A stretch of 64,000 nt of DNA from Okamejei kenojei (lineage: Eukaryota): positions 28,024,001 to 28,088,000 of the forward strand of contig CM069140.1 in NCBI GenBank assembly GCA_035221665.1. The letters are read 5' to 3'. Shown here in pieces: positions 25,201-37,254 of the stretch. The notes below the pieces were generated by a model. The model saw only the letters and a program-made list of their open reading frames with translations, searched no databases and was not told the DNA's origin. A program made the position numbers and the translations under genes. Each line of letters opens with the position of its first letter. Position 1 is the first letter of the stretch.

Positions 25201-28200
25201 CCATGGTTTAATTGATTTAAAAGCAAAATCTCAATGCTGGAAATCTCAAATATAACAAGAAAATGCTGCGTCATCAGTTGATAAGACAGCATTTGTGGAG
25301 GAGAGTTAATGTTTCAGATCAATGAACTAGCTTCTCACTCACTCCACATGACCTCGTGTGCATTTCCAGCAATTTTTTTTTATTTTTGATTATTATTCAC
25401 TGTTCTAACTCTTGAACAATTTTATTTTGGCATTGACCAAAGATCATAATTATTTAATTCCATTTCTCATTTGATCAAAATTAAACTACGTTAAAATAAT
25501 ATTTAAATGAGCCCAAATATATTAGATCTAACCTATCATTTTGCTCAAAAAAAAGTGTTCAATCTCTTTTGACTCCGAGGATTGCATACAAGGACTGACA
25601 GATACTAACAACGATCAAAGCCAGCAGTGCGATGCAAATTAACTGTGCGATGGCAGCAAGGTTTGGTTTGTTGGCTTTTGACATACTATTTAGGAGTGGC
25701 ACTGTGAAAAGCTCTAATTAAGATGAGTCAGGTCTGCAGATTTCCTACATTAATTTATTTATTTTAACTAAACTCAAGCAGCATGAGGATTCTCATTATG
25801 AATTCCTCAACTTAACAAACTATATTGCAGATAACCTAAAATAAACATTTAAAAAGTCGAGATATTTCTACCCAAGATGTGCCAGTTGCTTCTCAAAAAT
25901 AACAATCTATATGGACATTCTCCTACAAAAAGTGTGAATGTGGTGTGTCACAAAGACTGTTTCACAAGTAAGATGATAGCTACGTTCAACTCCCAGCTAT
26001 GGTCGTAAATAGTATCAGTTTTAACCATCCCCGACACCACTTGTGCTTTAAACCTGGGCACTGCAATGAGGCCCTGATGGTGCAGTGCATGTGCTAATGC
26101 AGCTAACAGTTATCATGTTGCAGTGATGTGGAAGTGGCAGGAGAACGTGAGGGGACATGCCCAGTGTACCCATCAAGTTGAGGATCCTTGATAAACACAT
26201 CTGAATATAAAAAGGGGAAATCGTTAACAACAGAAGGGGTTGAGGGATGCACATTGTCAGCAAACACTAATTTTTCTACTGTAGAAATTTGGTCACTTTC
26301 CCTAATTGCCGACTATTGAGGTTTTGCCTACAGGTTATAATTGGGTCCATACCAAATTTTATAATTGATTTCAGCCTCTTGGGTGAAGTAGAAGTGAGCC
26401 CTGAGACTTAAACTTTAAGGTCCACCTCTCCTACTTGCACCTCTGAGCTACTGCCTGGAAGACTAACACCAAGCTCCTGGACTCACGGTGCTGGACTCCT
26501 GTGCTGAATGAGGCTGCCCTGCCTCTATCTTCCTTCATTTGTCTCTGTGTTCACCTTGATAAGATATTAACATATGATTGTACATTCAGAATCTGCATGT
26601 TATTCAGACACAAAACAGTACGATTATACGACACTCCATTCTTCTGATCATCCTATGTCTCAATATTTTAAACAGATCGGAGCAAAATGATACACAAATA
26701 CTTCAAATGCCCCATCAAGTTACAGTACTATTGGAAACTTCAGCTGCTCCGTCACAGTGAAGCTTTGATGCACATAAATATTTTTTGCCTGGTATAAAGA
26801 CAACATATTTGAAAAGATATTAATAATTGAAAGGCGATTGTATTGGTTGGGTTTGGGGGCACTCCTTGGCCTCTCTGACCCTGAAGCCAGTGAGAGCCTC
26901 ACCAGAAATTATTCAAAGTCCATATCCAAAATCTCACAACTTCCTCAACAGAAATGGACGCAATAAATACATTTTTTGGGAATATGTGCATTATTGTTTA
27001 AAAGCAAAGGTACCAAAGAAATGAAACAAAAGCCCAGTGCCCAGCTTGAATGTAGACTGTCAGAGGCAATATTTCCAGAGGACTCCTGATTGAATAAACC
27101 TCCAAGGTGTCCTTGCAAGATAAAGGTTTTCCTGTTTGTCACTTGTGCAGCACAATGGTCCAGCATGAGGCCAGCTCTTGGCGGCTCAGTGGACAGGTCT
27201 ACTTATCAGTTCGGCATTAGTCTATGTTCCCTCTCTCCACATCATAACAACGTCGTGTCTGCTTTCAAAGGATGCATGATAACCAAGTCTTGGGTAAGAA
27301 CTGTTCCCTACAAAGCCCTACTAAGTTAAGGTGCAAACTACTGTTAACAAAAGTGAATTATAAGAATATGTATTGATGAGTCTTTTTGTTTAATTAGCAA
27401 CACATTTCCTTATAAAGTTTTAGAACTAGTTATTACAATATATATATATATCCACCTATCTGAGGCTGAGCATCCTGAAGGCAGGATGCAAAGTCCAATA
27501 CCTCAGCAGCTTGAGGCATCTTAATTGTATTGCTACTTAGTTGAGCAAGATGCAAATTTCAAAGGAGGGTGGGGGTGGGAGCATTGTTGGATGATGCCAA
27601 GGCAGAGAGGAAAGCCACTGCAGCTTGTTCTCCCTCACCTCCCAGGAGCTGGATCAGAAGTGCCTATGAGCGAGGGATTGGTGCAGAGCCTACGCTCTAA
27701 CTCCATGATTTGTGCTTGCTGCAGAGGTTAGCTGCGAGGTCGGCTTGTTGGGCCATTGTGAAAATCTTCTGAATGCAAATCTGAGACAACAATGCATGCT
27801 GTGAATCAGACAAATGAATTAATAAATAGAATTTCATCAATTGAGAGTGACCAGAACCACTGAGCGAACATCTTGTTTGATCCTGGAATTTGACCCCCTC
27901 TGATTACAACAAAAGCCAAGAGTCAAAGATGCAGTAGATTATTGTGTCGGTGACAGGATTTGCTAAATATGCAGGGAGTTGATATAACCACCAGCTTTTC
28001 AATACCTGGTAATTCTTGGTGGACACAACAGCATTACTTTGAAGTGAGAAAACACCCACAACAATATGTTGTGACGGAGGTTAACAAAGTCTTATTTTTG
28101 ATAATGAGATTGGGCCTCCAGCAGGGGACCGATAAACTGTATGTTGGTTTATGCTGCTCTCTCCAAATCAATGATAATTGCCTACTGGTTCATTATTTTA

Positions 28201-28819
28201 TTTAATACATGCTAAACAATAAATCTGAAAAAATTATTAATTAGTGGAGTTACATTTTGGAGGTTATGTGATTATTAGAGACGTTATCACTTCGTTAGTT
28301 GAATACAGGCTGAACGCGCTAATTAATTTAATTGTATTGAATGCAACAAATTAATTTTACTCTACATCGTTAACCCAAAGTATTGGTCTTTGTTCCCCCA
28401 AAGTGATGATCAGTAGGGCATGAAATCATATCAAATGTGGACACTTCTGTGGCCCATACATCTCTGCAACTCATGGACATTAAGGACAACAGACTTATTT
28501 TCCTGTAGTCATCCATCATGGTTGGACTCTTATCTTGAACACACACTGTGGTCCCTAGCATCGCCAGTTCCAGAATGTGCCTTGATTGTCAATGGGGTAG
28601 CTGGGATTGTCTTGCAGCAGGCAACTATGCTCCTCTCAGAATTGTCAGGCAGTCATCTTTTGCACACCTCATTGTTATTGTAGGTATGAGCATTGGTGTT
28701 CACAGCCTGCTGTACTGTTTTAATAACCTTTCTGAATCGTTCTGCGTGGCAGGGATCACTGCTGCATTATGAACTAAGCCACATTCATTCTATAATCTGT
28801 GTCAATGTGGGAAACCTAC

Positions 28820-29150
28820 TGTCAGCACCTCTGAGCATTGGAGAGATACCTTCAATGCTTTTCCATCAGATGGGCCAATACCAGCATTAAGGTTCTGATC
28901 AACTCCTCAAATGGGTGGGCTGCATTGTCTGCACGTCTCACGCTAAACAATCTACTTGGAACTTTGTCATGGAAAGAGATTTGCAGGAGGGCAGAAAAGA
29001 TATCTTGAGAGGGTTTTCAAAGTTTCCTTGAAAAAGTGTAACATCATCACCAAGTTATGGGAATCCCTCATATATGACTCTTTAAAAAAGAGCAAAAGCA
29101 CCTACAAAGTCACTAGGAAGCTTAAGTCCCCCAACTACAGGAGCAGGTAG
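28820..29150 (+). mobile_element. Decayed RTE-clade LINE 3' fragment
   Basis: LKWVG.I...ELCHGKRFAGGQKRY...SLKKCNI resembles the RTE ORF C-terminus. Confidence 0.6.
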
Positions 29151-29962
29151 AGTGCACCATTTCACAAACTATCCACCACCCTGACCCCTGGGTTGAAGTA
29201 CAAGGGATGCCTAAGGTGCAGCAGTAAGTTAAGGAGGAAGAATGGATGTTTTGTAAATGCAACTTCAGAACTTTACTTGGAGAGTCTCACTTTTCTGTAC
29301 TGACACCACGATTAGGATGCATATTGACATCTGCAGTAGGAACCAAGGGGAATTTTTTTTTCACAATTTTGTAACCCTGTCCAGAAATATTAGATAAACA
29401 CATTACATCACATACCCCTAATCACCCTCACCCTTTCTAGACTTTCCAAGTGTGTTTTGATAATAGTGTAATCTGTTCTGTTTACAGGGAACCTATTGAT
29501 TGTAAAATGATAGTTGATGACAGGAAGTTATGGGACAAAGCAATGATTTGTTTACTGTTAGCAAAGCAATGCTGTTTCATTTGATTCTGTGCTTTGATTT
29601 ATTTTAAGGAAGCTTCTTGAAGTTCCTAACTTTTTCTACGCAATGTATGGATCTGATTCAACAAGTTTTAGTGATTTGGATTTAATCAACCCTGTACCAG
29701 CATTTACTACAACTGTATAAAACATTGCTATTTATTACATGTGCATGCCTTTGCCCATTATGAAAGCAGGGATTTGCTCTAAGCATGATCTTGCTGAAAA
29801 CTGCCCAAAATGTAATCCTTCTACAAGAGCCAAAGGTGTGTGCAGAATGGACAAAGCAGTGAAAGCCCCAACCTTGGGCTACAGCTTTCCCATCTCACCT
29901 AAGCAGCAGCTCACTCAAACCTCAATGTTAGTACATGCCGTATCGGATTCAGAACTGCTCAC

Positions 29963-29998
29963 TTCCGCTGTGCATGGGGTCGGCTTGTCAGCAGCTGT
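29963..29998 (-). CDS. Candidate 36-nt XPR1 cassette exon (QLLTSRPHAQRK)
   Basis: Acceptor gctaaccatactttacag, donor AA|gtgagc, symmetric phase 2-2, no stop codon. Confidence 0.4.
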
Positions 29999-30344
29999 CT
30001 GTAAAGTATGGTTAGCTTTTTGTTAGCTGCAAGTGGGAGGAGAAGGAAGCACCATAGAATGGGCCGCTGAAAATTTAGTTCAGAATAGAGCATTACCAAT
30101 ATATTATCATTTTTGTGTTTGCTATTCATTCTGCATCATAATTCCATTTAACACAATATTACCCTGATAACGCAAAGTCATGGAAGAAACATGCTCCCAT
30201 ATAGATATTTGGGATTTTGGCATGGACTTGATATTCATGTTGTTTATACATTTCAATTTGATTTGAGTCTCATTCATAATTAGGCTATGATGAAACTGAA
30301 TTGATCCAAATTGCTATATAGCAAGGGCAGATAATGGGTGATTA

Positions 30345-30520
30345 AAAAGAAAGTTGCAGATGCTGCAAATCTGAAATAAAAACGAAAAATTCTGGAAACT
30401 CTTAGCAGACCAGGCAACATCTGTGGAAAGAAAAACAGTGAATGTTTCAGATGAAAAGACTGAATCGTAACTCACTTTCTCTTTCAACAGGCACTGCTTG
30501 TGTTTTGGCATTTCTGTTTT
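30345..30520. mobile_element. Ancient short Penelope-related repeat (also ~25220-25390 and ~51310-51430)
   Basis: Shared gatgctgcaaatctgaaataaaaac...ggcaacatctgtgga...gtttcag motif across copies. Confidence 0.6.
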
Positions 30521-32936
30521 TATATCAAATAATGAATACTTGGAACTATAATAACTGATTCTTGGTCATCGATTCATCCAAACTAAACTCTGATTTTAAA
30601 GTGCAAAGCAGTTATCATAATGATTGCTCAGCACCCAACCGTGAGCAATGCGTTTTCCCTTGTGCTTTCTCATTATGGGCAGAACAACCTTATACAATTG
30701 TCCTGTCCATCCATTCATGGAACTTATAATGCCTGCCCCCATCTGAATTCCCTATGTAGTTGGACAATAGGAAGCTTAGTTCAGCACTGAAGGGCCACAT
30801 CCATCTTGTGACTCTCTCCCAAATAGGCCCCGTTTTCAGTCATTATGGAGAGTAGCAACATTAAGGGTTTTCACTGAAAGCAATCCTATAACATAAAAGG
30901 AGCAGCCGAGACTGCCTATAGTTATAATGTGGAACTGCTTGCAACTAGCTTCCTCAGGTACATTTGGGCTATTTAACTTTTTTGACTTTGTAGGTGTTAA
31001 AATGGAATTGCATCCATTTTACATGCACTTTATTAACAGAAGGCAACCGGAATGTGAAGTTCTATAGAAAAGCTACTCTTGCAAAAGAAGGTGAAACATG
31101 CTAGTGAATTAAATTTAGAAAGTGATTTTTTTTCCCGTTATTCTGTCTAAGAATGATTCATTTACCAAAAACAAAATGCTTCAACTTCTAGCTAAAAGTG
31201 TATGTGCTGAGTTTGCATTTTTGGAAGGCAGTCCTGCATCCAAGTGAGCCACACCCAGTGCTTTATACGCGAGCTTCCCCCATTCCACAACATCCTGCAT
31301 CTCCAGCATATTGTGAACCACTCTTTAACAATGCTTGGTCATCAAACATGTCGAGTGCTCTGACACAGAGCAAAAACCAAATGGAGGTCCATGACCAAGC
31401 TGGCTCTTACCTGTATCTCCTTCATAAACAGCAAGGAACGTGTCCTTTGTTACAATGGAGCCCACTTAAGACTATGTCAGAAGAGTATCATTATTACAAA
31501 GTACCTGTTCCAATCTAAATCAACTATATTAAAAAACAGAAATCTCTGTTAAAATCAAGTAGCTGGAATGAATTCAGAACACGGCCACTGAGCACTACAT
31601 AACTTCTTATGAACCTGCACCGTGGCACACGTTATTGGTGAATTCTAAACCTAACATATACAGCCGACCATTAGTACAGGTAACAGGACTCTTCCTTTAA
31701 ATCAATACATCATATTAAAGTCTATCTCCTGATCTTGGCATTGAACAACTGAGCTAGATCTTCAGGGGGCTCCAATGCATCATCTACACTGGCATCAGCC
31801 GACATTACTGGAGGAATTAGATGTGGTACATCTCTGTAGGATTGAGAGGAAGGGCAGCTTTACGGAAGACAGCACTGACCGTTCATGGGAAAAAGTTCCT
31901 CACAGAAATCAACATTCCCAATGCTACAATAGGCTGGGTGATTAGCAGCTTCCAGGAGTAGCACAAGCAATTGAAAAGCAATATCCAAATCCCGTCGATG
32001 AAGGATTACATCCATGCACTGAGGGAATCCATTATTTGACATTCAACCTTTGGTAAAAAGAAGAATTATTACTTATTCTGAATTTCATGTGAAATGGTGA
32101 AGCCAATGGGGTCAGGGATATGCAAGTTTCATTGATAGAAACCTTTTAAATGTAGAAATCTTTCTTTTAAAATCCCCTGATGCCACTGGCTTTAGATATG
32201 GTTTTATAAACAATTCACACATAGTTGGTGGCACCTGTAAAGTTATTTTTTACCAGCCTATTGTGGATATCTTGCAGCATTTGGAACATAGCCTGTTGAT
32301 CTGTGTTGGATGCAGGACTCCTGCATTTGAGATCTGCCACCTAGAAAGCTTTGAAGTGCTCCTAAATAAAGATGTTTTGTTTCCTTGCAACAGGAAATCT
32401 GTTCACTGACCGAAACACAAAAATAAAAGTTCAACGAACATTGAGACTAAATTCTGCATCAACGTACAGGGCACAAGTTTTTCTCATAAATAATATGAAC
32501 ATTTCCAATAGGAACAGAACAAATGCATATCAAAATTAATTGTTTTAAACATAACTTCACGTAGGAAGTACAATTGTGCACTTTCCCTGCAAGTGCAACC
32601 AGGGCCATGAGCTAGTGAGAAATATTTGAAGAACCCAGCTAAAACCAGCCCTAGCTATATGGAGCCTGAGAGAGAAAAATAATACAAGATGAAACAAAAA
32701 AATAAATTGGTATTTTCCAGCTCAGAGTCTGTCCATTTGATTTGATCCATGTGGATATGCTTTGCTGTCTGTTGTAAAATTGTTCTTTACAACCTTCTTG
32801 AATTGGTTTAAATTAATATCTTAAAACAAAGGAAGAAAAATGGAATCAAGTCTGTTGCCACATGCGATGGCAGATTGTGTTCAGTGCCTGGTAGAACTGG
32901 AACGTGTGAAGGACAGTGCCTGCTTGCTGCTGATTT

Positions 32937-32997
32937 TCATGTGAATGCTTCATCATCTGTGTCTTCAATTAACACGGCTGCATCACGCAGTTTCACT
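32937..32997 (-). CDS. XPR1: XPR1 canonical last coding exon
   Basis: Acceptor ctttctgacccacag. A+VKLRDAAVLIEDTDDEAFT-TGA matches the mammalian C-terminus (…RDTKVLIEDTDDEANT). Phase 2 fits the upstream donor. Confidence 0.93.
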
Positions 32998-33439
32998 CTG
33001 TGGGTCAGAAAGTGGCAAACATTAAAGCAATATAAATTAAATCACCTATTTCAACCTAGCCGTCCTCCTATAAGGTGAACATGTAGCACTCATACATGGC
33101 ATTAATAGCACAGAAATAACCAAATGATCTATATTGCTGATTTCACTCCACACCAAATTCCTGGCACTACATCTCATTCCACAAGCACCTCCTTCCATTC
33201 CTTTCTCCCTTATGTACTGAACTTGTTTATCCTGAAATGCAATCTATTCGAAACATTTTAACGATAACATATGGGAGCTGCTAGAAGGGTTTTGTAGAAA
33301 ATCCAAAATTCGCCATTTGATTTAATTAAAACCTCGTTACATTTACAACCTATGGTTCTGGATTCTTTCACTTGTGAAAACTTTGGCGAGACCAAGCAAG
33401 ACTAGAGATTCTCTTTGCTGAACACTTGCTCTCTGATGG

Positions 33440-34440
33440 CTAGAGCCAACAGAAGCTCCTGATTGTGAGCCACTTCACTTGCCCTTCCACTTCCACTTCC
33501 ACATTGACCTTTCTGTCATGGACCTTCTCCATTGCCAGAGTGAGGCCACACACAAACTGGAAGATCAGCATCTCTTATAGCACTTGAGCAGCCTACAATC
33601 TAACATGAACAACATTCCTCCCACCAATATAAGCATTCTTATTCTGTTTCCTGAATGACAACTAATTTTCAATCTATGCCAGTATATTATATCCAGTCTC
33701 ATGTTCCTTCATTCTACACAAGCCTTATGTGGGAAATTATCAAAAATCCAAATACACTACATCCACTGGTTTCATCCAATCTACCAGAAGCATGCTCAAA
33801 AACCCGCAGCAAGTTTTTAAAATATGATTTTCCTTTCATAATTTGATGTTGACTTTGTCTAATGCCGTTTATATTTTCTAAATGTCTGTTATCACATCAT
33901 TTATAGGCTCATCCTTATTGTATACGTTCCCTGATTTGTTCTCTCCCTTTTTTAAATAGAATGGTTGTATTTGTCACCCAGCAATAGAATTTTGGAAGAT
34001 ATCAACCAATGCATCCATTATTTCCATGGCTATTTCTTTTGGTACTTTGGGATACATTTTATCAGGTCCTGGGGATATATCATCTTTTGATTCCATTAAT
34101 TTCTTTAGCACTTTTTAAATCTAATACTAATTTCCTTAAATTCCTCATTTGCATTGGACATTTGGTTTCCTATCGTTTCTGGTTAGATGTTTCTGTTCTT
34201 TGTTAATTGGTTCTTCACTTCCCCATTATACATTCCCCATTTCTGCCTGGGGCCATACAATTGCCTTCACTAATCTTCTTTCCATTGTAGAGCTCTTTAC
34301 AGCTCGCATTTATGTTCCAAATGAGTTCACTATCATGCTCTTGCTCTCTGAATCAGTCGTTGTTTTTCATTTTTGCTTAATTCTAAATTGCTGCCAATCC
34401 TCAGGGCTGCCATCTTCTCTGACAATATTATATGTCTACT
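33440..34440. mobile_element. Decayed Penelope endonuclease piece followed by an old CR1 (-)
   Basis: ctccattgccagagtgaggccacac resembles 40310-40330; CR1-like gttgactttgtctaat region follows. Confidence 0.5.
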
Positions 34441-35169
34441 GAAGGACACAAATTAACTCAGCGGGCCAGGCAGCATCCCTGGAGAAAGTGGACTGGTGAC
34501 ATTTTGGGTCAAGACACTTCTTCAGACTTTTTCGATCTAAGGCTATCTCCTTTAGTTTGCCACAATTGGGTTGCTATTCATCTTATGCTCCAGAATGGAA
34601 TGTATACCTGTTACCCGAGTAACCTTATAACCAGCAGTGTAATGTTCAGGTTCTTGTGCAAAATCATAAAACATGCAAATCTACAAGAGCCTGGGAAACC
34701 CACACTTTTTAAATGTTGTATTGAGTGGGAAGCTGGTAAGGGAATTAGTGAAATCATTAACATTGATAATACATAAATATAATATATAACCTATGATCCA
34801 CAGGGTGAATAGGAATGAAGAAACTGAGTCAGAAGATTCTCCTCATGCTCAGGGAACATTGTAAGTTTAAACACATGACAGACTGTGTTGTGGGTGGAGG
34901 GTGGTGGGGCTGAATGAGGAGTGGCAGACTGCAGTTGTGAAGCTAGCGAAGAGTACTCTCCATTCTGCAAAGGAATACTTTAATAAAGTGCTAGGCATCA
35001 TCCATCTACGATCAGAAAGCATTGACCTATTTATGGTACACAAACTGCTGGAGAAACTCAGCGGGAGCAGCAGCATCTATGGAGCGAAGGAGATGGGCAA
35101 CGTTTCCTATCCCTGACATTCCTTAGCATTTGCAGCAACATCCTAAAGGTCAGCTTTGAATGTCACATA

Positions 35170-36491
35170 CAGCGCCCTTCATAATGTTTGGGACAAAGAC
35201 CCATCATTTATTTATTTGCCTCTATACTGCACAATTTGAGATTTGTAATAGAAAAAAAATTACATGTCAGATGCACATAAAGTGCACATTGCCAGATTTT
35301 AATAAAGGCCATTTTTATACATTTTAGTTTCACTATGTAGAAATTACAGCAGTGTTTATACATAACCCCCCCCCCCCCATTTCAGGGCACCATAATGTTT
35401 TGGGCACAGCAGTGTCATGTAAATGAAAGTAGTCATGTTTAGTGTTTTATTGCATATACTTTGCATGCAATGACTGCTTGAAGTCTGCGATTCATGGACA
35501 TCACCAGTTGCTGGGTGTCTTCTCTGGTGATGCTCTGCCAGGCCTGTATTGCAGCCAACTTTAGCTTATGCTTGTTTTGGGGCTAGTCCCCTTCAGTTTG
35601 CTCTTCAGCATATAAAGGCATGCTCAATTGGGTTCAGATCGGGTGATTGACTTTGCCACTCAAGAATTGACCATTTTGTAGCTTTGAAAAACTCCTTTGT
35701 TGCTTTAGCAGTATGTTTGAGATAATTGTCTTGCTGTAGAATGAACCGCCGGTCATTGAGTTTTGAGGCATTTGTTTGAACTTGAGCAGATAGGATGTGT
35801 CTATACACTTCAGAATTCATTATGTTACTACCATCAGCAGTTGTATCATCAATGAAGGTAAGTGAGCCAGTACCTTCAGCAACCGTACATGCCCAGGCCA
35901 CGTTTTTCTGTTCATGAAGTCTTCTGCGGACATTGGTCATTGACAAATCCACACCTGACTCCGGGAGTGTGTCTGATCTGTCGGACAGGTGTTTGGGGAT
36001 TTTTCTTTATTATAGAGAGAATTCTGTGGAGGTCTTCCTTGGCCTGTCAGTCCCTTTGTGATTAGTAAGTTCACCAGTTCCCTCTTTTTTCTTAATTATG
36101 TTCCGAACAGTTCATTTTGGTAAGCCTATGGTTTGGCTGATGTTTCTAACAGTTTTTTTCTAACAGACTGGAGGAAAGACTAGGTGCTGAGAGAGAGCTC
36201 TCTTATACCTGCATTATGGAGGCAATTAAACACACCTAATCAATTACAAACGCCTGTGAAGCCTTGTGTCCCAAACATTACGGTGCCCTGAAATGGGGGG
36301 ACAATGTATAAACATTGCTGCAATTTCCACATGGTGAAACCAAAATGTATAAAAATACCCTTTAATAAAATCTGACAATGTGCACTGTAACCACATGTGG
36401 GTTTTATTTCTATTACAGATCTCAAATTGTGGAGTACAGAGGCAAATAAATAAATGTTGGGTCTTTGCCCCAAACATTATAGAGTGCACTG
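35170..36491 (-). mobile_element. Tc1/mariner DNA transposon, IR/DR type, internally deleted
   Basis: TA|cagcgcccttcataatgtttggg ... cccaaacattatagagtgcactg|TA; ~240-bp TIRs with an inner direct repeat. Transposase remnant FILQQDN..KHT...WQSQSPDLNPIE at 35605-35952 (-). Confidence 0.93.
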
Positions 36492-36644
36492 TAAGAACTG
36501 CAGTTGCTTGTTTGATTGTACAAGTGAGGAGTTGAGTATCAGTTACAAGTGACTTTCGTCCTGGATGAGTTCAGCTCCAACACCTCCAAAGAGCCTGGAC
36601 ACCATCCAGAACAAAACTGCCAAATTGATGAGCAGTGTAGAAAG

Positions 36645-36778
36645 GAACTGCAGATGAGGGTTTATACCGAAGATAGAGACAAAGTGTTGGAGCATCTCTG
36701 GAGAAAAGGGTGATGATGTTTCAGATCAGAACACTTCATCAGACTGAAGAAGAGTCTGAAGAAGGGTTCTGACCCACT
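36645..36778. mobile_element. Penelope-derived remnant with two opposed hammerhead-like cores
   Basis: Minus strand CTGATGA...GAAACATC at 36715-36742; plus strand CTGAAGAAGGGTTCTGACCC from 36756. Confidence 0.6.
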
Positions 36779-37254
36779 ATATAATTCAAGAACAACCCAT
36801 CCACCTCCTTAAACATTTATCTTGCCACGGTGACTAGTCAATTGGGGCTTTAGTACGAAGTGCCGAGAAAGTGCACTGCAATTTTCGCTGAGACAACTTT
36901 TTTGACTACATCTCACTTATTCATGAAAGGAAGCATTGCACATCACAAAGAAAGATCAGATTTACTTGATCATAGACAACATTGCTAGTATTGATCTCCA
37001 ATGCTATCCTCATATTACCCTTTTGAAGTATACAAAATTACGGGGGGCTTGGATTGAGTGAACAAGAACAGTCTTTTTCCCAGGGTTGAGGATTTCACAA
37101 CTGGAGGCTAAGGGCTTAAGGTCAGAGGGGAGAGATTTAAGTCGATCCCCAGGGACAACTGTTTCACTCGGGTCCTTATCCGGAACGAACTGTCAGAGGA
37201 AAATAGAGAAGTCGATGGAATTTGGTCAGGTAGGAATATGGATAGGAAGAGCTT

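Noticed and set aside
32020-32070. Minus-strand acceptor ttcttctttttaccaaag
   Set aside because: AAG acceptor with a stop after four further codons. It also shows that pseudo-acceptors occur by chance in this region.
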